From Somniosus microcephalus (taxonomy: Eukaryota), in the NCBI GenBank assembly GCA_052327205.1, contig CM126203.1, positions 195,238,001-195,302,000 on the forward strand: a stretch of DNA of 64,000 nt. The letters run 5' to 3'. A program made the position numbers and the translations under genes. Under the pieces are notes generated by a model. That model saw nothing but the letters and a program-made list of their open reading frames with translations. It had not been told where the DNA came from and searched no databases. Shown here in pieces: positions 34,099 to 47,001 of this stretch; the stretch's first letter is position 1; every line of letters starts with the position of its first letter.

Positions 34099-36125
34099 CG
34101 GAGTGTCAATATCTGAGCTGGTGGCTGCGAATGTGAAATTGAGTGAAGGTGCTGTGTCTTCCTCTTCCAGTTTTTGCTTTTGCACAACTGCCTGGCGAGG
34201 TTGCAGTTCTTGGATATCTGAAAGAAGAAAGGCATAAGGGTAGAGTTGTGAGGGGAGGGGGGATAGCAAAAGGTACATGCTTACATCATTTGCAGCTTGT
34301 AAATCAGAAGAGATTTGGGATGAAGGGAAAGTAGAATGTGAGAAGGAGGATTAGGTATGAGGATACCGTTATCTTTGATTGTTTCAGCCCCACCGCTGAC
34401 CATGGGCTCAGTGATGGCCGCTCTAATTATATCTAGTACCAGCTCCTCCATGGGAGTTAGGTCATTCAGGCGCACCTATCCCCCTACTGGTTGCCCTTGC
34501 TGCCTTTGGTTATGCACCACCTTGTCCTGCAAGAGAGGGACAAGTGTGCCATTGAGTGTGGTGCAATGTGTTTGGGTGATGTGCCTGTCATGGTTGAATA
34601 GCTGAAAGTGTGTGCAAGCTTTGAGATGTGGGCATGAGGCTTGCAGCAGTGCTAAATATGTGAGGGTGAGGTGAAGCTTTAAATGTTAGTTATGACTCCT
34701 GTTTGGTAGTGATTGTTGGTAGGTGAGTGATGGGGCTGTGGTGCATTGAGCAAAGTGTGAGGCTATTGGTGCAGTAGGTGTGATATGGTATTTGAAGATC
34801 AATTCACTGACCTTAACCACCCGTGTGAGGTCATTGAACTTTTTGCGTCACTGCATCCAGGTCCTCAAGGCTTGACTTCTGGCATTGACCGCCACGGCTG
34901 CCTGGTCCCACTGCCTTCGCGAGAAGGCCTCCTGGCCCCCTTTGGACAGAGGACCTCTCTCATCCTGTCCACCTCCTCCACCAAAGCCTCCAATCCAGCA
35001 TCTAAGAACCTTGCAGCATGCTCTCTCCCCTGTTGTGCCATAATGCAGTGTTCTTCTAGGTCAAACACTCTTCCCCAGCCACATTCAGCACCTACTCCAT
35101 CCAGAATGCACCTCCCCTTTAAATGGTGCAGGCTGGCTTTAACTGGTACTAGCTGTCACAAATTTGCCCCCTGCTCAGGCGTGCAGCTACTCAACAGCAC
35201 GTTGTGCACTGGGTTCCACACTAAAATCATTAGCAGGCAGCACGAAGTTTGCGTGCTACCTGTATCGGACTCAATGGGCAGGATTTTCATTGGGCCGTGG
35301 AGGCGGGATTGGAGGCATGTGGGGGGTCAAAATCCCAAAATCAGGGGGCATGAACCCATCCCGGCCCCAACCCACCTCCATGCCAGTTTCAAAGGAGGCG
35401 GGTACCCAATCCGCACTAGGACTCGCCTCGCCGAGGTGGGAAGGGGTTTAGTGCCAATTAACTGCCTGTTAACGGGCAGGTTTTAGCCTAATCCTTAATT
35501 TCATTCTTGAAGTGTGGGGTTCCCGACGGCTCCAAACCACGCCAAGTTAGCGAGGCCGGCCGTCGGGCTAAAGGGCTTGGAGGGGTTGAGCTGCCCAGTG
35601 TTCAGGTGAGTGATGAGTGCATGAGTGCAGAGATAAGTGTGTTTGGTCTGTTTAAATTGTTTAAAGAAGTTTTACTTTCCTTTACAGCCTTCCTTCAGGT
35701 TTCGGGAGTCCCTCATCTCACCAGCACAGAAAGCAGAATGGCCGCGAGCTGTCAAAAGTTGCAGCATTCAGCTTTCTGTTACGGAGAGATCTCTAAATCA
35801 TCCTGAGAGGAAGGAATTAACTTGGAGTACAGATTGTCAGTGTTCGACAGCTTCAAACGCTGATATTTCATCTGTCAAAAGGTCTTGACAGATGAAATAT
35901 CAATCTGTGACGCCACCTGTTGCCAGGTGGCCCGTAATTGGCCTCAGGCTCAACAAGGTCAATCAAGTCAAAATCACGTATGTTGGCTACAACTCGATGG
36001 AGGCGGTACTACAACCCCGAAAGTTGTAGTACCGCCTCCTCAATGAAAATCCAGCCCAATGAGTGCGGGCTAAACAAGCATCGCAATACCCACACACATT
36101 TTCGGGGCTGTCAAATTTAGCTCCC
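34099..36125 (-). mobile_element. Harbinger fragment with a decayed 3-exon Myb/SANT gene (different family), containing a nested MITE
   Basis: MAQQGREHAARFLDAGLEALVEEV...RTWMQ*RKKFNDLTR|GT; exon 2 DKVVHN...LTPMEELVLDII; exon 3 EEEDTAPSL. Confidence 0.75.
35276..36057. mobile_element. Harbinger-type MITE family A (reverse orientation)
   Basis: TIRs GGGCAGGATTTTCATTG / CAATGAAAATCCAGCCC (16/17), TSD AAT, perfect 17-bp hairpin at 35999-36039. Confidence 0.9.
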
Positions 36126-36239
36126 CACAAATGTTGATCTGCTAATATCACCAACAATAATTTCTAGGTTTATAATTTAGGAGTTTTTGCAAGAAGATTC
36201 CCTTTGGGTGCTAGTTGTAGTCAAATCAAGAAAAAGGCC

Positions 36240-36327
36240 CATCACCATTTTCTTAGGGCAACTAGAGCTGAGCGATAAGTGCCAGCCTTCTCAGTGACGC
36301 CCACATCCCGAGAATGAACAAAAAAAT
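36240..36327 (+). mobile_element. CR1 family-2 3' tail fragment
   Basis: GGGCAACTAG...GCCCACATCCC..GAATGAA matches the end of the 49677-50650 copy. Confidence 0.65.
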
Positions 36328-37504
36328 GAGAAACCCTCTTATAAAGAATGGTTTAATGATTTTGCTACACCACATAGAGGAAACCTTCCCCCACAATTAC
36401 TTTACACTTTGTAATAAATAACATTTCACTTTAATTAAATAAAACAGTTAAAGACCTCCTATAATTTAGATGTGCTAATATTCCAAGTTTAACAGGAGTT
36501 AACATTTATCCAAAATGATGGTAATGAGAAGATTTAAATTGCAGAGTAACTTTTGTTAAGGGAATTTGTTACAGTGGCAGTTTAGATATATGCTGCCGAA
36601 TTCTGGCTCCGTGAATTCTTGTGGACTCCACTGCACTGAAATACCAAAACCTATCTTCAGCTCCTGCCCCACCTGTCCAAAAAAAGACGAGAGAAATCAT
36701 GTTAACTCCTCTTGGTAAAGTAATTGTAACACGGGTAGTTAATGGCACCAGATTGTTTGGAAAGATGCAAGATAAAAGCTAAGAAAGTTGAATTCACGGA
36801 AATCTTCCCCTCAGGCCATATAAGTAAAAGACGATTCTTCAAATAGTAGATTTCAGCAAAATAAGTTGTTGAAAGGTTGCAGAATGGGAGTAGTCAAACA
36901 GTGTGTGTATCCAATAACTCTCCTGAGTGTGACATGACACCAGATCAAAATTTGTTCCATTTAGTTTTTAGTAGTGTGGAATTACTCAGGTGAATACAGT
37001 ATAGCAGGTGGGTTCTTCTTCTGCAGGAGTTGTCTCTGGAGCTATTTTGAAATGAAACCTTTACAAATGGTTGAGAGAATTTAATTTAAATAGTATCAAG
37101 AAGTGCAGAATACAGAATATATTATTACATTAATGATTTATTGTGTAAGAGTGCACCTTCTTCCATTCCAACGGAGTATTAATGGTGAAGATTCTACTAT
37201 CTTAAGCATAATACTACTCTTTAGAGTATCTTTCTGTCAAAACTGGCTTACTTGTAGATCCTAAAGTAGTGCGTGTCATCTGAGCAGGCGACGTATGCAA
37301 GTGCTTCATGATTCCAAAGATCACAGCATATAAATTGTATAATTATTTACTTTTCTTTATCATAAGCAATATTTAAATTTCAATTCCAGGAGAATAACCA
37401 TCAATCTCTCCCATGTTTTTGGTTGTGCTGCTTCAAACTTAATCATTTTTAGCATTGCAACTCCCAGGTGAATACTTTGGGAGTAGCAATGCTAAGAACT
37501 TTTT

Positions 37505-37790
37505 TTAAATATTTGTTCCTGGGATGTGGGCATCACTGGCAAGGCCAGCATTTATTGCCCTTGAGAAGGTGGTGCTGAGCTGCCGCCTTGAACCGCTGCA
37601 GTCCATGTGGTGAAGGTACTCCCACAGCGCTGTTAGGTAGGGAGTTCCAGGGTTTTGACCCAGCGACGATGAAGGAATGACGATATATTTCCAAGTCGGG
37701 ATGGTGGTAGCTTGGAGGGGAACTTGCAGGCAATGGTGTTTCCAGGCGTCTGCTGCCCTTGTTCTTCTAGGTGGTAGAGGTTGCGGGTGA
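37505..37790 (-). mobile_element. CR1 family-2 3' fragment
   Basis: SFIVAGSKPWNSLPNSAVGVPSPHGLQRFKAAAQHHLLKGN. Confidence 0.88.
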
Positions 37791-38015
37791 CTGAGTAGAT
37801 CTTGATTCTGGATTCCAACTTCATCAAGCAGGAGCAGCTCGCTCACATTATTTAAAAATAACAACAATAAGAGAAATAGAATTTTAAATCGCAGGTCATT
37901 TAAAAAAAAAGTCACTGGTTAAATGCTTACTTCCCTATGCCGGCAGGTCAGTATTAGAATCGGATGGTTTTTTCCACTCAATGTCTGAGTGCAGGTTTTC
38001 TACTGCAGACACTAA

Positions 38016-39779
38016 GGCTGCGATTTCGCCAGCGGAGGCGGGATCGCGACGGGAGAAATGGTTGGCGGGTTCTTGTCCAGCTCCCGGCTGCAGCCACTCT
38101 GCAAAAAGGATTTTCCATTACTAGGAATTGTTAAGCCCACCCTGCGGGGTTCCTGGCCAATTAACAGGAAGCGGGTCTGATGACGTCATTTGATGACGCG
38201 TCATCAGCCGGTTTCCTTAAAGGAAACATGGCCGCATTAATTTTGACAGTTGTGATGTCAGTGTCCTGCAGCATTGAGGTGCTGCAAACACTGACGAGCA
38301 CTGCACAAAGGTGCACGGCTGCACCCAGGCTCTTGCATGACTCCCTCCATATGCTTATGGAGGGAGTCACAACATGCAGGGAGGTTTTCTTCCCTTCCAA
38401 GGGCAGAAAAGGCCTCCCAGAACACCAACACACATTGCACAGGAGGGCAAAAGCAGGGATGTTGTCAGGAGTCCCTGGCTGCTGTGGCACAAACCTGTCA
38501 ATGATCTCAGTAGATCACGAAACATTACCGCAAAGCCACAACTCAACCTCATCCTGCTGTGCCACTCATCACATCCCCATAACTCTGCCTTCCCTACTGT
38601 ACTCCTGCACATCCTTACTCACACCAACTTACCTTGCACCTCCACCCATCCCTCTCTATCTACATTATCACTTCCCCATCTCACAAGCTACCCCTCACAC
38701 TCACCCTCATCCTAGTGTAATAATACCAACTAACAACACACAAGGGCAGGCACTTTGTTGTTTTATGCAATGTTCATGTAAAGTTTCTGTTAATGTGTTG
38801 TCAAACATTGAAATCTTTATTTTCAACACTGACTTATTGTACAGATCTGTGCTCGCCTTTGGAAGTGTCTTAGTGAGTTGCAGTGAATGGTGAGATGTAA
38901 CGGTATCTTCCACAATAGTAATGAGTGTGAAAAGAATGACTTGGTCATTGTAGGAATGCTTTATGGTGCTGGTGTGGGGTGGTGTTAACCTGGCGCATCA
39001 TGCGGCAGCCAGGGTGTACAATGTCAAGTGAAGTAAATCTGGCCATGGTGATGCCATCGTTGGCCTCCTGGGCAGCAATGTTGTCAGATGCTGATGCCCT
39101 GTGTCCTGTGTAGCATCAGGTGATTGCGGAGAAGGTTAGTATTCTTGTTGGTGATGTTGGTGTGCCTCGTGATGTTGGTATTGGGGCTGATCGTGGAGGG
39201 ATTCAGAGGACCAAGGTGAGATTTTTTCAAGGGCACTGATGTTGCTGGAATAGATGGCAGCTGAAGTTGAGATGATAGAAGCGATCTGTCAATGGTGAGA
39301 GAGCTTGCTCCAAGGAGGTGACAGTGGATAGAGAGTTTACTCCAAACACTTCCAAACTGCATAAAGCTCAAAAGTGTCTTCCATGTCCTGAAGGCTCAAG
39401 CTTCTGACATTGGAAAGTGATCAGCTGTGAAATGGTAGCTTTCATACCACTTTTGCAGCTGTCAACTATTCACAGCAATGGGGAGACACAGAGAACCCGA
39501 CGTACTTACCTGACGTAATCTCCGAATGACGTAAACCCCATTAAAAATGTGGTAAAATAGAAAAAGGCTGGCAAAATAGTAGTTAACAAGCAGTTAAGTA
39601 TCTTCAATGCCTCCCCCGCCGCCTGGTGTCGGGTCTGTTCTGAAATCACAGACCCGACACTTTGGAAACTTATATGGAGGCGGGTTCGCAGCGGGTTCCC
39701 AACCCACTGTCAATCATTACAATTTTGATAGCAGACCCGCCTCCAAACCCACACTCTGAGCGCCATCAAAATTCAGTCC
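38016..39779. mobile_element. Internally deleted Harbinger element (Myb remnant on +, probable transposase-side remnant on -)
   Basis: TSD TAA on both sides; AAPRLLHDSLHMLMEGVTTCREVFFP Myb-like start; right end is homologous to the left end of the 40332 element. Confidence 0.75.
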
Positions 39780-40814
39780 TAAGAGAAGCATTGGGACCTA
39801 GTGGTATCTCACTGTCACCAAAGCTGGAGTATTAGAAATCTGCTAGCAGCTCTGTTTTTAGTGTTTCCACTAAATGAAAAATTCTGAATCCATGATGATG
39901 CTGCTACTCTTATTCATCGCCAACAATGAAGCCCAGCCAGCAATATGTAAGGGAGGATTAAATCTAGGAAAACAAGATTTCTCTTCCTTATCTTGACTGA
40001 AAGATACAATTAATTTCTTATTAAATCCAACAAAGCCAGAAATGTGCTGTTGAGAATATTAATCTTTCTATTTGCTCGGCATTGATTGACACCCACAGGA
40101 AGGAAATCTGCACAAAGACTTCATTTCCACAGCATATGTCGACTTGTCCCTCGCATTCAAAAATTAAAAGCAATGAACACATCTTCATTACGTCTAACTT
40201 TTGTAGCCTATTTTTACAATTTTTCACAAGGAACTAAGCTGAAAACAGATAACATTCACTCTTTCAATTGAAAAGAATTTTTTTAATTATCAGTTTATGA
40301 AGCAAAAGGTCCATTTGTCAATAGACACTTTGGCCGCGATTTTGCTGGCGCTCAGAGGGCGGGTTTGGAGGTGGGTCAGTAGTGAAAATCTAAATGATTG
40401 ACAGTGAGTTACGAACCCACCGCCATCCCGCCTCCATGAGACTTTCCAAAGTGTTGGGTCTGTGAGTCCCAATCAGACCCGACACCAAGCGACGGGAGAG
40501 GCTCTTCCCATTTTACTACATTTTCTGCATGTTGCAAGTTGTGCGACAAACATGCCAGCTGATTATGCCGGGTTCAGCAACCACTTGAATTCTTGACAGC
40601 TGCACCTGCAGCATAAAAGCGGACCTGTAACATGGCTGACTTTCAGATGCCAGAACTTTGTTTTGAGGTTTTGGAATACATTTTGCAGGTCTATTGAGCT
40701 TGTATGTGTTTAAGCTGAGATCCATATGCACTGTGACCTCCTTGGAAAACCCTCTCCCCACTTTGACACAGTGCTTATAACATCTATTCCTCAACTGAGA
40801 TATATACCAGCTGA

Positions 40815-42042
40815 ATGGGAACCATTTATACCCTCTCATCCTGGTCCACAGAATCGGAGGAAGAGCAGCTGTGGCAGCAGCAGAACCAGGCACAACAGCA
40901 GCAGCAACAACAGGAGCGCCAACCTTCTCAGCCACCTGATGCTGCACAGGGCAGAGAGCGTCAGCGCAGGGCTGCACTACGCCGCAGGAGATACCCCCAA
41001 CACAGGGTTTATAGGCCGAGGATGACCTTCCTCAACCTGAATGAACAGCAGTGCCAAAGGAGACTGAGACTTCCGCGAGAGGTAGTCGCTGACATCTGCA
41101 CAATGCTGCACCAACACCTGGAGCCCAGAGGAGCGGGTGGACACTCTTTACCAGTGGCTGTCAAAGTCACCACCACACTCAACTTCTTTCCTTCAGGGTC
41201 CTTCCAGGGATCAGCAGCAGACACCAGCGGTATCTCCCAGTCGGCCGCACACTTGCATCATGCAGGTTACCGATGCCCTTTTTGCAAAGTCGCACAATTA
41301 CATCCACTTCTCCACGGATGAAGCAAGTGTAACTGTGCGTGTGGATGGCTTTGCAAATATGGCAGGCTTCCCAAGGGTGCAGGGCATCATAGACTGCACA
41401 CATGTGGCCATTAGGGCATCCCATCACAACCCAGCTGTATTTGTCAACCGCAAGGGCTAACACTCCCTTAAGGCCTAGCTGGTGTGTAACCACAGGAAGA
41501 ACATTATGCATGTTTGCGCCAAGTTCCCTGGCAGTTGCCATGAGTCGTTCATCCAGCGGCAGTCTACTATGCCTAAGCTGTTCAATCTGCCAAACCAACT
41601 TTCCGGATGGCTACTTGGAGACGAGGGCAATCCCCTGAAGACGTGGCTAATGCCACCGATGAGGAGGCCATCAAACGAAGCTGAGGAGTGCTACAATGTG
41701 AGACACATTTCCACCAGAAGCATCATAGAGCAAACCATTGGTTTACTCAAAATGTAATTCAGATGCCTCGACAGATCTGGTAGAGCCCTACAATACTGAC
41801 GAGCCAGGCTCTCCTGAATCATCGTGGTCTGCTGTGCACTGCACAACATCGCACAGCAGCATGGCTTACCACTGTCTGAGGAATAAGTGGCTCAGCGCAC
41901 AGCCTCCTCCTCCTCTTTCTTGGAGGAGGAGGATGCAGATGAGGAAGACGTTGTGGAGGTGCATGTGCCAGTTCCACTAGCACGTGAGCATATTGCTGGC
42001 CGTGAGGCAAGGGATACACTAATCGATGCCAGATTCGCGTAA
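40815..42042 (+). pseudogene. Harbinger DDE transposase (HARBI1-family), one frameshift and several stops
   Basis: [56 protein letters not shown]; Q-rich N-terminus. Confidence 0.93.
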
Positions 42043-42327
42043 GTTTATGCAGCCAACACATGTGGTTGGCACATGGAAATGATTGTCTGGCCAACCTTCT
42101 TAACAAACCATACAGCTTCTGTACAATAAAATGTGGATTCCTATCACTCTCAGCACCATCATTACAGATGAAAGGCACCCTGGCCCCTCACTGTGACACT
42201 TCAATTTCTGAGCACACATAGGCCAACTCTTTGAAGCTTTGCCAGCACATCTCTTTATTGCACTTTAATAATGATGACAATCTTCACTTTGTTTTATATC
42301 AAAACACCCAAGTTACTATCCTTGTGT

Positions 42328-45063
42328 CTATTTGTGTGTTAACTTTCTCTTACGTGTGCTTCTACGTGGGGCTTTCCCTGTCGCTTCAGCAGATGTAAAG
42401 GCACCTTGCTCACTTCCATGCTGCGCCTGCTTCGACGCTTTTGGCGGGCGCCCTCTGGGTTTGGGAGCCTGGGAGGGCTCCACAGCAGTCTGCTCCTCCT
42501 GCAGCTGTGCACGGGCTGAGATGGCCATCTCAATTGGGTGAGGAATCTGGTGCTCTGACCGAGGGCTCTGCAGTGGCATGGGATTGTGAGCACTTGCAGA
42601 GGAGCCCACACTTCCTTGTTGTCGATCACCAACATCCCTCTCGTGGGTCACCCACACTTCACTGCTAGCAAGTAGCTGGAGAGCACCATGCTGCACATCA
42701 GTCGGGCCATGAGGATCGTCTCTGTACTGACAGTCCTCAACGGGGACGTCCATGTACCTCTAGTTCCTGTCCTCAATAGATGCCATCTATCCTCCGTAGC
42801 AGACCATATATTTAGAAGAATCACCATGTTCATTTGCATCTGGCAATTTATGTCCTCCATGGAGGTTGCCATCCTTTCCATGGTGGCAACTGCATTCGCC
42901 ATTGAGTGCCCCACGGCATTGCTCATGTTTGAAATGGACTCATCCATTCTCTGCGCACTCACAGTTACAGGGGTTGCAAACCCTGTCGGAGACTCCTGCA
43001 CTTGTTCCTGAATTTCCACCTCCGCTCTCTTTCTGGATGGCCCCAGAGGCACAGTGTCCACATGCAGCTGAGCAGTGTTAGGAGCGTCCCGCACCCTCCA
43101 ACGAGGACTCTCCGCTGCTGTCCCTGTCACCACCACCTGCTGATGCTCACTTGTGAGCTGTGATACACCAGGTGACAACACTAATCTATCTTGCGAATGA
43201 CCCACAGAGGTGTGCGTCTCGGCGCTGGGTGTGCTCAATTCTGCTGATGCTGCACCCTCAGAGGTTGCAGCTTCCTCTGAGAAGTCTTTGGGCTCTTCCT
43301 CCTGGACAGTGGGGAGGGGGCTCTCAATGGTCCTGTGGGGGAATAAAGGCATGAGTTAGACATGTGATATTAACGTAGCAGACACATCCCACTGTGCAGT
43401 TGATCAGAACTCAATCTGTATGAACATCAGATAAGAACATAAGAAACAGGAGCAGGAGTAGGCCATTCTGCCCCCCCGAGCCTGCTCTGCCATTTAATAA
43501 GATCATGGCTGATCTGATCTTGGCCTCAACTCCACTTTCCCGCCTATAACCCTTGACTCCCCTGCAGCTCAAATAATCTGTCTATCTCCGCCTTGAATAT
43601 ATTCACTGACTCAGCCTCCACAGCTCTCTGGGGTAGAGAATTCCAAAGATTCACGACCCTCTGAGAGAAGAAATTCCTCCTCATCTCTGTCTTAAATGGG
43701 CGACCCCTTATCCTGAAACTATGCCCCCTAGTTCTAGATTCTCCACGAGGGGAAACATCCTTTCAGCATTCTACCCTGTCAATCCCCCTCAGAATCTTAT
43801 ATGTTTCAATAAGATCACCTTTCATTCTTCTAAACTCCAATGACTGTAGGCCCAATCTGCTCAACCTTTCCTCGTAAGGCAACCCTTTCATCTCCGGAAT
43901 CAACTTCGTGAACCTTCGCTGAACTCCCTCCAATGTAAGTATATCCCTCCTTAAATAAGGTGACCAAAACTGTACACAGTGCTCCAGGTGTGCTCTCGCC
44001 AACGCCCTGTACAGTTGTAGCAAGACTTCCCTACTTTTATACTCCACCTCCCCCTTTGCAATAAAGGCCAACATTCCATTTGCCTGCCTAATTACTTGCT
44101 GTACCTGCATGCTAATGTTTTGTGATTCATGTACGAGGACACCCAAATCCTTCTGTACCACAGCATTCTGTAGTCTCTCCAATTAAATAATATTTTGCTT
44201 TTCTATTTTTCCTACCAAAATGGATAACCTCACATTTTCCCACATATCTCCACCCAAACTGGTTCTACATCTTGATCTTCTGAGCAAATATCATTTCTCA
44301 CTAATACACTGATCTCATCCTTTATTAACAGAGCTACCCCACCTCCTTTTCCTTTCTGTCTATCCCTCCGAAATGTCAAATACCCCTGAATATTCAGTTC
44401 CCAGCCTTGGTCACCTTGCAACCACGTCTCTAATAGCTATCAGATCATACCCATTTATTACTATTTGTGCCATCAATTCATTTATCTTGTTACGAATGCT
44501 GCATGCATTCAGATAAAGAGCCTTCAATTTTGTCTTTTTAACAAATTTCCCTACTTTGGCTGTAATTTCTGGTACACTCTTGTATTTGTACATCCTGTCC
44601 CTTCCTGTCACACTCTGGTTATCATTACCCCTATTGCTACCTTCCACTATTGCCTTGTCCTATGTCTTTAACTTTCTAAATTTCCCATCACCTGCCCCAC
44701 TCCCGCCCACTATTTAGTTTAAAGCCCTATCTACAGCCCTAGTTATTCAATTCGCCAGGACACTAGTCCCAGCATGGTTCAAGTGAAACCCGTCCCAATG
44801 GAACAGCTCCCTCTTTCCCCAGTACTGGTGCCAGTACCCCTGCCAGATCCCATATCAGTCACTCATGCAATCTAAATGAGAGGGTTGCAAATCTGTTCTG
44901 TCACCAGCTTGCTCTACTGTGACCGTCTCTCCATCCCCCACTTCCAGCTCCTCAGCACCTCCAACAATGTCGATTGCAGCCTCCTCAGTGGTGGTCAAGT
45001 GCGCCAGCGAAGTGGGCCTCCTCCTGTCCTGCCCCTCTCCCTCTTATTGGGGGCTCTCTTTTC
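42328..45063 (-). pseudogene. Harbinger Myb/SANT gene exons 2 (45063-44905) and 3 (43332-42328); exon 1 missing
   Basis: Homologous to the 23300 copy (LSPGVSQLTSEHQQVV, MERMATSME), same splice junctions, basic C-terminus RRSTRKRK. Confidence 0.8.
43433..44843 (-). mobile_element. CR1 LINE with a large internal deletion (end of ORF1, ORF2 start, ORF2 end)
   Basis: ORF1 end WDGFHLNHAGT (esterase-like), LYLNACSIRNK, junction VWVEI|CGK near 44243, 3' tail at 43433, possible TSD CAGAT. Confidence 0.88.
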
Positions 45064-45871
45064 CTGCAATGAGGGAGACACGTGGAGTTTGAGCGAGAAT
45101 GTTGGAGTGAGTGTAAAGAATCCGTAGCATACATGCTTAAAGGATGACAAAGAGTAAGTGAGGTGCCAATATCAAGGTCCCTCCCTGTGCGTTGTCAGTT
45201 GTTGCCATTGCATAACAGTGAGAGCGAGTGTGAGGGGTGCACAGTGGGGTGGGGTGATTCTGCACATGGGGAGAGAGAGGGATAGTTAAGGGTGCAGCAG
45301 ACCTGAACCCACTGATTGGGCTGGGCAATGCGCACAACAGTTAATAAGCCCAGTTAAGGCAAAATACTTAATGCAGAGCGGATTAAACTGGCAGCGGGAC
45401 CGGGACCCGCCGACAAGCCAACCTGACTCCAATCTTCCTCCACTTGGAAAACTGCGGCCTTGATATGGAAATCTCATAGATAGTTAAACGAGTTGATTGC
45501 AGGGACTTAGGTTATCAAAAGATGCAAACCAGGAAGCAATCAAAAGCCTCTCCTGATTGAACACTAATCAGATTGACAAGGCTCAGAGCAACTCAACACT
45601 TCTATCTCCTTTGGATCACTGCCTAAAACTTGTCAGCCAAAGATTGAACCTAATAACTGACAAATATCCTACCAGATGTTGTACAAGCTTAGGTTGCCAG
45701 AATGAAGGACATAACAAGTAGGAGTTCTGAGTTCAAAATAGAAACATATGTCTGTATAATCTTATGTGTTCATTGAGATTTGTCTTACGTGTGCCATTGC
45801 TACAGCGGTGATCATCTGAATAGCATAAATATTTTAAAAATGTAATTACGTCTTACTGTGAGGATGATGCA

Positions 45872-46054
45872 GGGATGAAATTGCACATGACTGGGGATGT
45901 AAAACAGGTGATACCACATTGATCGCCTGTTATTCGCCCCTACCAATATTCAGTTCCATTGACTGGAATAGAACTGACCATCAGGCGTGTCCTGTACCGG
46001 GCGACAAAAACTGAGTCAGCCTGTTTTGTATCCCTGCCCATGTCGAATTTCACC
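45872..46054. mobile_element. Short palindromic MITE
   Basis: GGATGAAATT...AATTTCACC with inverted arms and central CCATTGAC. Confidence 0.55.
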
Positions 46055-46734
46055 TGCTAAATGTCTCAACTCAGTATTAAACAATTCAGTGCTTTTGTAC
46101 TAGTTTGCTTCTGGAAATGGCACATGCACATTACATCACAAATGTAATGTAGCTGACCATGTTAACAGTATCCCTTTTATTAACTTTCTACAGCAGAATG
46201 ACAACCCAGCCTTTGGAAATAACATGTGATCTTTACTCAAATTCACTTCATGTTTTTATTATAAGAAATACAACAACAAAAACACCTAGCTGCCAACATC
46301 CTATGGGGTTGAATTTCATCTCGGGGGTGCGGGGGGAAGTAGGGGTGCAGCTGGGGGTGTGGGGTGGGGTGGGGGTGAAGAGCCTCCTGATTGTTCAACA
46401 TAATTTTTGGGGAAGATCGCAGAAATCTTGGAAAATAACATGAACAGCATTTATTTATATTTCTCTAGGGTTCCTATGGAATGGAAGTTACATCGGTCAA
46501 TCAGTAGAACCCTTGCAAAAATTAGTGGCATGTACCTTTTTAACCTTTAAATGTTCTTATCTTTTAAAAATGCAACACAATTTAAAATTGCATTATTTTA
46601 CATTTATCCTGATTCTTTAGGCAACTGTGGTTAATCTCATGACTTAATGGATGCAAAATGAAAAACCTGACACAGCAGAAGAATTGCACATAGATGAAAA
46701 TCACCTAGATATAGAAAATAACTGCACTGTAATC

Positions 46735-46913
46735 ATAGATGCATTTAAGGGGAAGCTAGGTAATTATATGAGGGAGAAAGGAATAAAAGGATATGTTGAT
46801 AGGGTGAGATGAAGTACGGATATAAGGAGGCTCGTGTGGAGCATAAACACTGGCCAAGATCTGTTGGACTGAAGGCCTGTTTCGGTGCTGTACATTCTAT
46901 GTAATTCTATGTA
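46735..46913 (+). mobile_element. CR1 3' tail fragment
   Basis: GCATTTAAGGGGAAGCTAG...GGCCTGTTTCGGTGCTGTA followed by (ATTCTATGTA)2. Confidence 0.7.
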
Positions 46914-47001
46914 TTTTGAAGAAATTCGTAGCATTGTGTTGGCATTTTAGCCAAATGACCTTCCCCCACTCCAACTGTATTAAGATTATATACTGAACTA
47001 T

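Larger units (their letters stand above)
40332..45459. mobile_element. Harbinger autonomous-type element (decayed): convergent transposase and Myb/SANT genes, CR1 inserted in an intron
   Basis: TIRs GGCCGCGATTTTGC / GGAAAACTGCGGCC and the two-gene layout typical of PIF/Harbinger. Confidence 0.9.

Noticed and set aside
40815-42042. Domesticated HARBI1 host gene
   Set aside because: It has a frameshift and several stops and lies between TIRs with a Myb partner, so it is a transposon copy.
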